63,794 nt of DNA from Candidatus Magasanikbacteria bacterium GW2011_GWC2_37_14. Lineage in GTDB: Bacteria; Patescibacteriota; Patescibacteriia; Magasanikbacterales; UBA922. Position numbers and translations under genes: made by a program. The stretch's first letter is position 1; each line of letters begins with the position of its first letter. Shown piece by piece: positions 34,198 to 43,793 of this stretch. Location: the NCBI GenBank assembly GCA_000990355.1, contig LBSX01000011.1, positions 1-63,794 of the forward strand, given 5' to 3'. The notes beneath the pieces are model-generated. The model saw nothing but the letters and a program-made list of their open reading frames with translations. It had not been told where the DNA came from and ran no database searches.

Positions 34198-34453
34198 GAC
34201 GTCCTCCGTTTGCTGTACCCCACACGCCAGTGCAGGACAGCATAGCGAACATTAAGAAACAAAGCAAAGGCTGTTTCGAAGCCTGTTCCTCTTTGTAAAA
34301 GAGCGAAAAAAGTGCTCAACAAAACAATTTTTTCGCTTTTTTACAGCTTAATTTTAAACAGTTCATTATAGCACAAAAAAGACCTTTTGTCAAGGCCTTT
34401 GTGCACAGTTGATAATAAATTTTGGCTTAAATTAGCTGTTTCTGGATTAACAG

Positions 34454-34826
34454 CAACCCCGGCAACTCCCCCTACCCCCTCTTGGTAAGAGGGGGATGAC
34501 AACAACGTTCACTCGTTCGTTCACGCGCGCACAAACACAAGGTAAAAATTTAGTGGCGAGTATGAGTGATCCTTCGGAGCTCTTTAGCGAAGAAGGATTT
34601 GCTCGTTTAGAGCCGAGCTTTCTCGGCTCGCACGAGCAAAAACGAATGACGAGGCGAAGTTTTTACTCCACTTTTTTGAAAAAGTGGAAGTAAGAGTAAT
34701 TGGACGATTTCTGGATTCCTGTCTGCACAGGAATGACAAACTACTACCCCTCCTTAATCCTCCCCTTATAAAGGGGAGGAAAACCAACCCCAGCAAACTC
34801 CCCCTACCCCCTCTTGGTAAGAGGGG
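34454..34826. repeat. Repeat-dense segment bounded by about 41-bp direct repeats
   Basis: CAACCCC(G/A)GCA(A)ACTCCCCCTACCCCCTCTTGGTAAGAGGGG at 34454-34494 and 34785-34826. The interior is a chain of short hairpins (GAGCCGAG..CTCGGCTC, CTCCACTTTTT..AAAAAGTGGAG, GGATTCCTGT..ACAGGAATGAC, CCTCCCC..GGGGAGG). Confidence 0.75.
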
Positions 34827-34832
34827 AAAAAA

Positions 34833-35900
34833 TTAAGTAAACCGCTTCATTCTCTTTACCAACTCTTCCAAATCCCCTGGCTTAAAGAGCCAAGCATTTT
34901 CATTAACCGTTAAAAGCTCTCGCACTCCCCCAGTATCCGAGGCAATAATATAAAAACCATTTTGCAAAGCCTCCAAAATTACTTTGGGGCGATTTTCCAA
35001 ACAAGTGGAAGTAAATAATAATACTTGGCATTTTTCATACACGCGTGCCAAATCTTCTCTTTCTAATCTTCCATAAATATTTACATTATTAAATTCTTGC
35101 GACCACAATTCTACCAAGGGCAAAAGTTCGCCATCACCCACAATGTGTAAATTGGCGCGACCACTAATGCTTTCCCAAGCTTGTAACAGTAATTCCACAC
35201 CTTTGTGTTTGACCAAAGAACCAACAAACAAAAAATCAGTTACTTCGGGCAATTCTTTAGGTAAACGTAAAACCATTTTTTCATTTTTGGTTTCCCAACG
35301 ACTGCCTGGAAAAAACTTTTTAAACCAATAAAATTCTTCTAAAAATTTTGATAAAGCAATTACTACTTCGGGTCGGCCAAATTTCTTTTTCATTAAAAAA
35401 CCATAAAACTTTTGGCTAAATTTTAGTTTTTCACCCGGCCAAGCAATTACGCCACTCGGTTCAATTAATTGCACGTCGTGTAAATAATGAACCTGCTTTA
35501 TCCCTATTTTCTGAATTATTTTTGGAATACCAAAACCAATACCAGTTAAATTGTGTGTCCAAACTTCGTCGGGACGTTCTTTTTTTAAAATATCTTTTAC
35601 TTCTTTGTTTAACCAAAAATTAAAAATATCAAAAAAATGCCAAATTAATTTGGTAAGCAAACCATGCTTGGCCAAATCTTTATACCAAAAAATATTTGGC
35701 TGCCAAAGTCGATAAATAGTTACTTTGCCATCTTTGCCAGCCACAGGGTGAATGTAAGACCAACCTTGATAAGGCCGAGCAGTAATAATCATTACTTGCT
35801 GGCCTTGACTAACGAGTTCAACGGCTTGTTCTTCCACAAAGCGTTCCGTGCCACCCACTGCATAAGGCGGATAAAGATTGTTGATTAAACAAATTTTCAT
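34833..35900 (-). CDS. Family 4 (group 1) glycosyltransferase
   Basis: N-terminus KICLINNLYPPYAVGGTERFV. C-terminal E..P.V.LEA...G..IIAS..GG..E motif (ENRPKVILEALQNGFYIIASDTGGVRE). Confidence 0.85.
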   Translation of the reverse strand: MKICLINNLYPPYAVGGTERFVEEQAVELVSQGQQVMIITARPYQGWSYIHPVAGKDGKVTIYRLWQPNIFWYKDLAKHGLLTKLIWHFFDIFNFWLNKEVKDILKKERPDEVWTHNLTGIGFGIPKIIQKIGIKQVHYLHDVQLIEPSGVIAWPGEKLKFSQKFYGFLMKKKFGRPEVVIALSKFLEEFYWFKKFFPGSRWETKNEKMVLRLPKELPEVTDFLFVGSLVKHKGVELLLQAWESISGRANLHIVGDGELLPLVELWSQEFNNVNIYGRLEREDLARVYEKCQVLLFTSTCLENRPKVILEALQNGFYIIASDTGGVRELLTVNENAWLFKPGDLEELVKRMKRFT

Positions 35901-36095
35901 GTTAAGGTATAAGGTGTAAGCTATAAGGTATAATGAGGAAATTATACCTTAAATTTGAATTATTTTAAACATATCAACATCTAATGCACAATAACAACCA
36001 TCCTCATACTTGAAATATTTTGCTAATTTAGCTACTATACACGGGCTACTGACAGATCAATCATAAGTCTTATACCTTAAGTCCTTACACCTGTT

Positions 36096-37529
36096 ATGGA
36101 TATTACCCAAATAGAAAAAATTCCTCCACAAAACCTAGAAGCCGAAATGTCACTCTTGGGCTCTATTTTGATTGACAAAGATGCCATGTACAAAATTGCC
36201 GACATTGTGGAAACAGAAGATTTTTACAAAAATGCCCATGCCACTATTTATGAAGCAATAATTGAATTGTACACTAAAAATGAACCAATTGATGTTTTGA
36301 CTCTTGGTAACCGTTTGGAAGAATTAAAAGCTTTGGAAAAAATCGGTGGTCGCAGTTATTTAATTAATCTTTCCAATACTGTTCCAACTTCTTCTCATAT
36401 TGTAGAATATGCCAAAATTGTTCATCGCAAATCCACTCTGCGCAAGCTTTTGGGTGCGGCTAGTGAGATTACTAAATTGGGTTATAAAGAAGACACCGAA
36501 ACAGTAGAAGAAGTATTAGACGAAGCTCAACAACAATTATTTAGTGTTACCCAAAAACATTTAAAAAAAACTTTTGTCCCCATTAGAAATGTTTTGAGTG
36601 ATGCTTTTGAACGCATTGATGAACTGCATCGTGAAAAAGGTAAATTACGTGGCTTGCCCACTGGTTTTAAAACTTTGGATAATTTATTGGCCGGTTTTCA
36701 AAAATCCGATTTAATTATTTTAGCTGCTCGCCCTAGTGTAGGAAAAAGTTCTTTGGCTATGGACTTTGCCCGAAATGTAGCTATCCGCGCCAAAACACCA
36801 GTGGGAATATTTTCTTTGGAAATGAGTAAAGAACAGCTAGTAGATCGTTTGCTTTGTGCCGAAGCTGGAGTAGATTTGTGGAAAATGCGTACTGGTAACT
36901 TGTCCGATCGGCCAGACAGCAATGATTTTCCCCGGATTGGCCATGCTATGGGTGTATTATCCGAAGCGCCAATTTATTTGGATGACGCGCCAAACAACAA
37001 TGTCATGCAGATTCGTACCAAGGCTCGCCGTTTACAAGCCGAACATGGTTTGGGTTTAATTATAATTGACTATTTACAATTAATGGAATCACACCACAGT
37101 CGTGGTGGCGACAATCGCGTGCAAGAAGTAGCCGAAATTACCAGAGGTTTAAAAGGTATTGCTCGTGAATTAAATATTCCGGTTTTGGCACTTTCACAGC
37201 TGTCACGTAGTGTGGAACAAAGCAAACCCGCTATTCCAAAATTATCCCATTTACGTGAGTCAGGTTCTATTGAACAAGATGCCGACGTAGTAATGTTTAT
37301 TTATCGTAAATCCGCTGATCGTAATTATAATTTAGAAGAAATTCCCCCTGATGAACGTAATATTGCCGAAATTCATATTGCCAAACACAGAAATGGTCCA
37401 ACTGGTTTGGTGCGTTGCTATTTTGATGACACTCGCGCCAGCTTTAGAAATTTGGATACAGAATTTAGTGGTTTTAATACTACACCTACACCAATCACCC
37501 CAGTTAAACCCGCCATCCCTGCTTTTTAA
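36096..37529 (+). CDS. dnaB: Replicative DNA helicase
   Basis: N-terminus PPQNLEAEMSLLGSILID, Walker A ARPSVGKSSLAM, and the IIIDYLQLM and SQLSR motifs. Confidence 0.95.
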   Translation: MDITQIEKIPPQNLEAEMSLLGSILIDKDAMYKIADIVETEDFYKNAHATIYEAIIELYTKNEPIDVLTLGNRLEELKALEKIGGRSYLINLSNTVPTSSHIVEYAKIVHRKSTLRKLLGAASEITKLGYKEDTETVEEVLDEAQQQLFSVTQKHLKKTFVPIRNVLSDAFERIDELHREKGKLRGLPTGFKTLDNLLAGFQKSDLIILAARPSVGKSSLAMDFARNVAIRAKTPVGIFSLEMSKEQLVDRLLCAEAGVDLWKMRTGNLSDRPDSNDFPRIGHAMGVLSEAPIYLDDAPNNNVMQIRTKARRLQAEHGLGLIIIDYLQLMESHHSRGGDNRVQEVAEITRGLKGIARELNIPVLALSQLSRSVEQSKPAIPKLSHLRESGSIEQDADVVMFIYRKSADRNYNLEEIPPDERNIAEIHIAKHRNGPTGLVRCYFDDTRASFRNLDTEFSGFNTTPTPITPVKPAIPAF

Positions 37530-37534
37530 TCAAT

Positions 37535-37611
37535 GTCATCGTGAGCCCCTCCAAAGGGGCGTGGCGATCCCCCGGGATTGCTTCGCCCGCTCGAGCGGGA
37601 CTCGCAATGAC
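37535..37611. repeat. GTCATCGTGAG...CTCGCAATGAC palindromic element (intergenic copy)
   Basis: Same family as 47167-47250 and 50631-50724. Confidence 0.75.
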
Positions 37612-37625
37612 AATATAATACTAAT

Positions 37626-37928
37626 ATGTTCACCAAACTAAAACAATTTAAAGATTTGCGCACCCAAGCAAAACAATGGCAAAATACTATGGGCGAAGAA
37701 TCGGCAACTGGCGAAGCAGCTTTTGGTAAAGTAAAAGTTACTTTAAATGGTAATTTGGAAGTTAGTAATGTGGAAATTGCTGACGAATTATTAGCAACCG
37801 ATAAAAAAGATAAATTACAAACAGCTGTAAAAGAAGCCCACAACGAAGCTTTGAAAAAAATTCAAAAAATCATGGCTGTAAAGATGAAAGAAATGGGTGG
37901 CTTGCCACAAATTCCTGGTTTATCATAG
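37626..37928 (+). CDS. ybaB: YbaB/EbfC nucleoid-associated protein
   Basis: Pattern ...GEAAFGKVKVTLNGNLEVSNVEIADELL...DKLQTAVKEAHNEALKK. About 100 aa and adjacent to recR. Confidence 0.85.
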   Translation: MFTKLKQFKDLRTQAKQWQNTMGEESATGEAAFGKVKVTLNGNLEVSNVEIADELLATDKKDKLQTAVKEAHNEALKKIQKIMAVKMKEMGGLPQIPGLS

Positions 37929-37995
37929 CGTCATTCCCGCGAAGGCGGGAATCTTAAAAAAAGAAAACAAGATCCCCGCCTTCGCGGGGATGACG
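37929..37995. repeat. CGTCATTCCCGCG...CGCGGGGATGACG palindromic element (about 65 bp family)
   Basis: Two hairpins (CCCGCGAAGGCGGG and CCCCGCCTTCGCGGGG) bounded by CGTCAT/ATGACG. Relatives at 47953-48016, 49463-49527 and 57946-58010. Confidence 0.8.
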
Positions 37996-38000
37996 AAAGT

Positions 38001-38591
38001 ATGTACTCCTCACCAATAAAAAACTTAATCTCTGCTTTTACCAAACTCCCTAGTGTTGGCGAAAGAACGGCCGAGCGCTTTGTTTTTTATTTACTCAAAT
38101 CTGGCAAAAAAGAAGTAGCCGAATTAACATTAGCCTTAAAACAATTATTTATTGAAGTAACTAGCTGTAAAAATTGTTGGGATTTTGCCGATACAACTCC
38201 CTGTGCTATTTGCGCGGATAAAAAAAGAGACAATAACATTATTTGTGTCGTTGCCGAACCGCAAGATTTGCAAGTATTGGAAAAAACCAATGCTTTCAAT
38301 GGTGTTTACCATGTTTTACGGGGAGTAATTAAAAGCTCAGAAAATAATTTGGGAGAATTAAAAATAAAAGAACTTTTGGAAAGAGCAAAAAACAAAGATC
38401 TAAGAGAAATTATTTTAGCGCTTAATCCAAATTTGGAAGGCGAAACTACAGCCATGGCATTGGAAAAATTAATTAAAGAAAAAAATCCCCAAATTAAAAT
38501 TAGCCGACTTGCTCGTGGGCTGCCAATGGGGGGAGATCTGCAATACGCCGATGAAATTACTTTGAGTAATGCTTTGAAACATCGGAATTAA
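38001..38591 (+). CDS. recR: Recombination protein RecR
   Basis: Motif LPSVGERTAERFVFYLL, a C4 zinc finger (CKNC...CAIC) and a Toprim domain. Confidence 0.95.
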   Translation: MYSSPIKNLISAFTKLPSVGERTAERFVFYLLKSGKKEVAELTLALKQLFIEVTSCKNCWDFADTTPCAICADKKRDNNIICVVAEPQDLQVLEKTNAFNGVYHVLRGVIKSSENNLGELKIKELLERAKNKDLREIILALNPNLEGETTAMALEKLIKEKNPQIKISRLARGLPMGGDLQYADEITLSNALKHRN

Positions 38592-38634
38592 AACTGTTGA
38601 GAATAAAAAAGTCCCGATTAAATCGGGACTTTTT

Positions 38635-38946
38635 TTATTTTGTAGAAACTTTAACTTTGGTAAAATGTTGACGATGACCAGTGGATTTTTTATAACGTAT
38701 TTTTCTTTTATACTTAACCACCAAGATTTTTTTGGTTCTACCTTGAAGTACACATTCGGCTTTAAGCACTACTCCTTCTAAATAGGGAGCGCCAATTTTT
38801 ACATTGGTACCATCATCATTGGCAGTTAATAATACTTTGTCAAAAACAACTTCCTGGCCTGCTTCGACAAGCAATTTTTCTACTTGCAAAGCTTCGCCAT
38901 TTTTTACCAAATATTGTTTACCACCAGTAGCAATTACGTAATACAT
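38635..38946 (-). CDS. rplU: 50S ribosomal protein L21
   Basis: Motifs MYYVIATGGKQYLV and KRKIRYKKSTGHRQHFTKV. Confidence 0.9.
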   Translation of the reverse strand: MYYVIATGGKQYLVKNGEALQVEKLLVEAGQEVVFDKVLLTANDDGTNVKIGAPYLEGVVLKAECVLQGRTKKILVVKYKRKIRYKKSTGHRQHFTKVKVSTK

Positions 38947-39026
38947 ATAAAATAATTTAATTAAGGAAAACAGTGTCCTAATTCTACTTCAATTTGGAAT
39001 ATTTGTCAACCCCACATTCCACAGGC

Positions 39027-39491
39027 TTAGTTTTTGCCAGGCAAACCAAGTTTATCCCCTATTTTTAAGCCAAATTTATTGGCCCACCCTGCTGGTAATT
39101 CCAAAACAATATCTGCTTCGACCCGAGGGTAATATTTGGTAAGTTGTGCTTCTGCAGCCTTTTCTGGTTGTAAATTTGGCGCAATATCTACGATCTTGCC
39201 ATCGGCAAACCACACAATATCTAGTGGAAAAAGCATATCACGCATTACCATGGTTGGTTTAAATTTTTGGTTATAAACAAACAACATACCACTATACTCA
39301 CCTAAATTTTTACGATCACTTAGGCCTTTAAAATAATGATAATTATTATTGGCTACCAAAACCTTTAAGGTTTGCCCGGCCAAAGTAACTTCGGCATTAG
39401 GCCAACGTAATTGCCACAATTTTAAACCAGTGTAGCTTAAAAGCAAAACCACAATAAAAATTAAATGCCACTTTTTAAATTTATTTTCCAT
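39027..39491 (-). CDS. DUF192 domain protein
   Basis: Motif GLSDRKNL..GMLFVY......MVMRDMLFPLDIVWF, with an N-terminal transmembrane helix. Confidence 0.75.
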   Translation of the reverse strand: MENKFKKWHLIFIVVLLLSYTGLKLWQLRWPNAEVTLAGQTLKVLVANNNYHYFKGLSDRKNLGEYSGMLFVYNQKFKPTMVMRDMLFPLDIVWFADGKIVDIAPNLQPEKAAEAQLTKYYPRVEADIVLELPAGWANKFGLKIGDKLGLPGKN

Positions 39492-39499
39492 AGAAAAAA

Positions 39500-40570
39500 C
39501 TAAACTTTTTCTTCTTTATGAGTAAACCAAATTGCCAAAGCCAACATCAAAATAAAAATTAAAATCAAAGCCATTAATTTTTGCTGGCTTTGTAAAAATA
39601 AAGTCGTAATGCCAAACAAAAATGAAACTAAATATAAAAGTAAAACAGCTTGCTGGTGATTTAATCCAGATTGTAAAAGCAAAAAATGTAAATGTTCAGA
39701 ATCACCCTGAAAAATTGGTCTTTTCTTTTGCCATCTCCGAAAAATCACCCGCATAATATCGAGCATTGGCACAGCCATTACCAAGAGTGTAGTAGCAATT
39801 TTTCCACCAGAAATAATTGCCAAACAACCTAAAATAAAACCTAAAAACAAACTTCCACCTTGACCCAAAAATATTCTAGCTGGATAAAAATTCCAAACTA
39901 AAAAACCCAAACAAGCTCCAGCAAAAATCAAAGCCAACATGGCCAAATCTGGTTGTAGCCATTTGGTTTGTAAACTTAGAGCGGCGATTAAAACCGCACC
40001 AATAATAATAATGCCTGTGACCAAACCATCCAAACCATCTAAAATTTTGGTAGTAAGCATCATGCCCATTAACCAAACAAAAACCACAATATTAGAAAAA
40101 AGAAAAAAATTACCCCATTCGGTATTGGACCAAGAAAACAAATTTAAATTTATTACTCCACCAAAAGGATTAGTAATGATTTCGGGGCCAATGCCAAAAG
40201 CAATAACAATTCCTGCGGCCAAAAAAGCAAAGAAAAGTTGTTTAATAGGTGATAAATTATATTTATCATCCAACAAGCCACCAATCATTAAAACCAAACT
40301 ACCCAAAAACAAAGCTAACAAATAACTGGATTTGATATGCGGGGCGCTGTAACCAGTAAATTTAAAAACCAATAACACTACTAAAAAGAAAGCCAAAAAA
40401 ATTGCCCAGCCACCGCCTAAAGCAATTTTATGTTTGTGGATTTTTCTGGCCAAGGCCTTTGGTTTATCTACAATTCCCAGGCGCAACATTAATAAACGTA
40501 CCACAGGGGTAAGAAACAAAGCCAATAAAAATGCTAATAAAGAATAAAAAAAATAATTCATAATCACCAC
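39500..40570 (-). CDS. Glycosyltransferase family 4 (MraY/WecA-type polyprenyl-phosphate sugar-1-phosphate transferase)
   Basis: About ten transmembrane segments. Motifs DDKYNLSP and NFYPARIFLGQGGSLFLGF. Confidence 0.8.
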   Translation of the reverse strand: MVIMNYFFYSLLAFLLALFLTPVVRLLMLRLGIVDKPKALARKIHKHKIALGGGWAIFLAFFLVVLLVFKFTGYSAPHIKSSYLLALFLGSLVLMIGGLLDDKYNLSPIKQLFFAFLAAGIVIAFGIGPEIITNPFGGVINLNLFSWSNTEWGNFFLFSNIVVFVWLMGMMLTTKILDGLDGLVTGIIIIGAVLIAALSLQTKWLQPDLAMLALIFAGACLGFLVWNFYPARIFLGQGGSLFLGFILGCLAIISGGKIATTLLVMAVPMLDIMRVIFRRWQKKRPIFQGDSEHLHFLLLQSGLNHQQAVLLLYLVSFLFGITTLFLQSQQKLMALILIFILMLALAIWFTHKEEKV

Positions 40571-40579
40571 AAAATCTTG

Positions 40580-43339
40580 TTATTTTGCTTTTTCTACTAA
40601 TACTTTTAAATCCCCACCAATAGTCACCACATCACGACGGGCTAATTTATTTTCCAAAATTAATTCTGCCAAACTATTTTCTACAGTGTCCTGAATTGCC
40701 CGGCGCATTGGACGAGCGCCAAACTCAGGGTCGTATCCAACATTAGCCAAAGCTTCTAAAGCAGAATCCGCAATTTTAAGCTCCACACCGCGTTTTTCCA
40801 AATCTTTGCCAACTTGTAACAACATTATTTTGGCCACCTGCATAATTTCGTAACGAGTAAGAGTTTTAAATAAAATAATTCCATCAAAACGATTTAAAAA
40901 TTCTGGACGATAATATTGTTTTAATTCATGTTTAACAAGTTGTTGACGAATACTTTCTAGTGAAACACCTTGAGAAAATTGTTCTTGTACAAAACCAGTA
41001 CCAGCGTTGGAAGTAGCAATAATAATTGTATTGGTAAAATCGATTACTCGACCTGTAGAATCAGTAAGCCGCCCATCATCAAACACTTGTAAAAATAAAT
41101 TTAAAACGTCAGGATCGGCTTTTTCCATTTCGTCTAATAATACCAATGAAAAGGGATGTTGACGCACGGCTTCGGTAAGTAGACCGCTACCTTGTTGTCC
41201 AGGCTGACCAAGTAAACGATAGATACTTGATTTATCTTGAAATTCACTCATATCTATGCGAACCATTTTGTCTTCTCCTCCAAAATATACTTCGGCAATG
41301 GTTTTGGCTAATTCGGTTTTTCCTACACCTGTTGGTCCCAAAAATAAAAAGTTGGCAATTGGTCGTTTTTGTGAACGAATGTCTACTCGAGCCCGACGCA
41401 AAGCATTGGCAATTAATTTTACGGCTTCATCTTGACCAATCACCCGCTCGTGCATTTTTTGTTCTAAACGTAATAATTTTTCTGATTCATTTTCGGTTAA
41501 ACTAGTAATGGGTACCCCGGTTTTTTTACTAATCACTTCGGCTACAGCTTCGCCATCTACCAATTGATTTTCTCCTCTTTCACTGCGCACCAAACTAGCC
41601 GCCTCACTCATAATCAATAAGGCACTTTCGGGTAAATTTTGTTCGTGCAAATAAGTTTTGGCCATTTTTACACAACTAGCCAAAGCTTCATAGGAAAAGA
41701 AAACATTGTTTTTGTATTCCACATGTCCAACTTTTGATTCCAAAACTTGCACTGACTGGTTATCATTCATTTCTTTGATATCTACTCTGGATAATACCGT
41801 ACCTAGTTCTGTATTTAAAACTCTTTTATTGTAATTAGCTGTTGTAGCAGTAGAAAAAGTTAAAAATTTTCCTGGCCCCAAATATTCTGCCAAAGTTTGC
41901 GAAACATCTACCCCACCATCGACACTGTCACTTACCCCAACCAAATCATCAATATTTTTAATAAACAAAATAATATTTTTGGCTCGGCCTACCTCGTGCA
42001 TAATTCTAATTAAACGTTCTTCGGCCCCACTCGCCGTAGTGCCAGCCAATAAATTAGCAGTAGATAGTTGTACCAAACGCTTATCTTTTAGTCTATCTGG
42101 CACATCATCTTCAATCATTTTTTGAGCAATACCTTCTATAATACTCATTTTGCCAACTCCTCGTTCGCCAACCAAAGCCACACTTTGTCGTCCGCCTTCA
42201 ATAATCCGAAAAATTTCTTTAATTTCTTCGTCACGACCAACACAAGGAGCCAAATAACCATACTTGGCAGCCATAGTTAAATCCTGGCTAAAACTATTTA
42301 AATATGGCGTAGCTACTGCCGTCATGGCCCGATCTAACCCGTGTTTACTTCTATGGGCGGCGGCTTTTTGAAATTTATAGTATTGTCTTCTTAAACGTTC
42401 ATGAATTCGAAGCCATTCTGTAACGTTGGCTAATTTATCTTTATCAATTTTAAAATCATAGAGCATTTCTTGAATAACTTGTGAATCCAACACCACTGCC
42501 AAAAGCAATTCTGTAACATGAACATACTCTTGTCGAGCATTTCTGGCTAGTTGGTATGCTCTAAATAAAATTTGCTCTAAATCATTACCTACCTTTGGTA
42601 ATTGTTTGTCTGTGCTTTTTACAAAATAATTGGCAAGCTGTGCTTGTAGTAATTTTATTGGGACACCCAAACGTAAAAATACAGTACTAACACGTGACGA
42701 AGACAATAAACTATAAAAAATATGAAAGGAAGTAATTTCTGCCGCCCCGCTTTTTTTTGCCAAAAAATATGCTTCTTCTAAAACTGATAAATTTTCTTCG
42801 GTAAAAGTAGCACTAATATCTTTACGTTTATAACGTGGCATTTTGGTGGCAGATGTCCAATTTTGTAACAAATTATTTTCTTCTGTTTCTAAGGTGTTTT
42901 TATTTGCGTCTTTATATGAAACAATATCTACGATTTCTGGAGCTTTGCCCAAAACTATTAAACGATAAAATAAATAACAAAAACCTATTAAAGCTAACCA
43001 AAATAGAGTTGCTAAAACTGGACCATTGAACCAAAAATCAAAAGTATACAAAAGATCCCACCATTTTAATAAATAGATATTGTAAAAAAATAAAATTAAC
43101 AAACCAAAAGAAAAAATAAACGACCCCAAAATTCGCAAATACTCTAAACGACGACGAGCACGACGCAGACTAATATGGTAAAGATTTATTGGTTTACCCC
43201 AATATAAAAATTTGTGATATAAAAAAACACCCATGCTCATACCAGCACATTCTGGACACCTTAAAATACCATGCACACCAGTATTCTTACAAACGTTACA
43301 AGATAAAATATTTATGGGTTTGGCTTTATCAAAAAGCAT
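40580..43339 (-). CDS. ClpC/ClpB-like double AAA+ ATPase with N-terminal zinc ribbon and two transmembrane helices
   Basis: The zinc ribbon is CNVCKNTG...CPECAG. Two hydrophobic helices follow, then Clp_N-like repeats. D1 has GERGVGKMS and D2 has GPTGVGKTELAK. Sensor region GARPMRR. Confidence 0.8.
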   Translation of the reverse strand: MLFDKAKPINILSCNVCKNTGVHGILRCPECAGMSMGVFLYHKFLYWGKPINLYHISLRRARRRLEYLRILGSFIFSFGLLILFFYNIYLLKWWDLLYTFDFWFNGPVLATLFWLALIGFCYLFYRLIVLGKAPEIVDIVSYKDANKNTLETEENNLLQNWTSATKMPRYKRKDISATFTEENLSVLEEAYFLAKKSGAAEITSFHIFYSLLSSSRVSTVFLRLGVPIKLLQAQLANYFVKSTDKQLPKVGNDLEQILFRAYQLARNARQEYVHVTELLLAVVLDSQVIQEMLYDFKIDKDKLANVTEWLRIHERLRRQYYKFQKAAAHRSKHGLDRAMTAVATPYLNSFSQDLTMAAKYGYLAPCVGRDEEIKEIFRIIEGGRQSVALVGERGVGKMSIIEGIAQKMIEDDVPDRLKDKRLVQLSTANLLAGTTASGAEERLIRIMHEVGRAKNIILFIKNIDDLVGVSDSVDGGVDVSQTLAEYLGPGKFLTFSTATTANYNKRVLNTELGTVLSRVDIKEMNDNQSVQVLESKVGHVEYKNNVFFSYEALASCVKMAKTYLHEQNLPESALLIMSEAASLVRSERGENQLVDGEAVAEVISKKTGVPITSLTENESEKLLRLEQKMHERVIGQDEAVKLIANALRRARVDIRSQKRPIANFLFLGPTGVGKTELAKTIAEVYFGGEDKMVRIDMSEFQDKSSIYRLLGQPGQQGSGLLTEAVRQHPFSLVLLDEMEKADPDVLNLFLQVFDDGRLTDSTGRVIDFTNTIIIATSNAGTGFVQEQFSQGVSLESIRQQLVKHELKQYYRPEFLNRFDGIILFKTLTRYEIMQVAKIMLLQVGKDLEKRGVELKIADSALEALANVGYDPEFGARPMRRAIQDTVENSLAELILENKLARRDVVTIGGDLKVLVEKAK

Positions 43340-43343
43340 AAAA

Positions 43344-43703
43344 TTAATTTAAAGCCTGATAAAACATGAAAACCAAAAAAATTGGTATGTTAATCCACAA
43401 CAAAAATATAACAAAAACTACTAATAACCAAATAAACAAAGCAATGCTCCGAAAAATAACATTAAAAAAACGCATCATTACACTAACCAGCCGACCCTGA
43501 AAATCACTTTGCCCAAACATTGGTACAAACAAATTTTTTAACCACAAACCAGGAGCCAATAAAATATTTCCATCCAAAAATAAATTCCAACAAAATTTGG
43601 TGGAATGCAAAATACCACTGGTAAACCACCAAATGGGAAAATACAGAAAATCAAGAAAAAATTCCAAAGTCAAGCGTTGCAAAACTAAAATCCACATACA
43701 CAA
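43344..43703 (-). CDS. Small membrane protein
   Basis: Three or four hydrophobic segments and no motif. Lies 4 nt upstream of the Clp ATPase gene. Confidence 0.5.
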   Translation of the reverse strand: MCMWILVLQRLTLEFFLDFLYFPIWWFTSGILHSTKFCWNLFLDGNILLAPGLWLKNLFVPMFGQSDFQGRLVSVMMRFFNVIFRSIALFIWLLVVFVIFLLWINIPIFLVFMFYQALN

Positions 43704-43793
43704 AAGACTTTATAACATTATAACTTTCAACTTTATAACTGTTATTATTATAGCATAAAAAATAAAAAACTCCCATAAAGGGAGTTTTGACTT

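Noticed and set aside
33194-34267. Track ORFs 33194-33739(-), 33409-33693(+), 33697-34245(+), 33833-34267(-) and 34058-34255(+).
   Set aside because: These are shadow ORFs in alternative frames of the 303-aa gene. They are Arg/Gly/Pro-rich, as expected from stop-codon depletion in high-G+C DNA. Only 33286-34197(-) has an SD, a signal peptide and protein-like composition.
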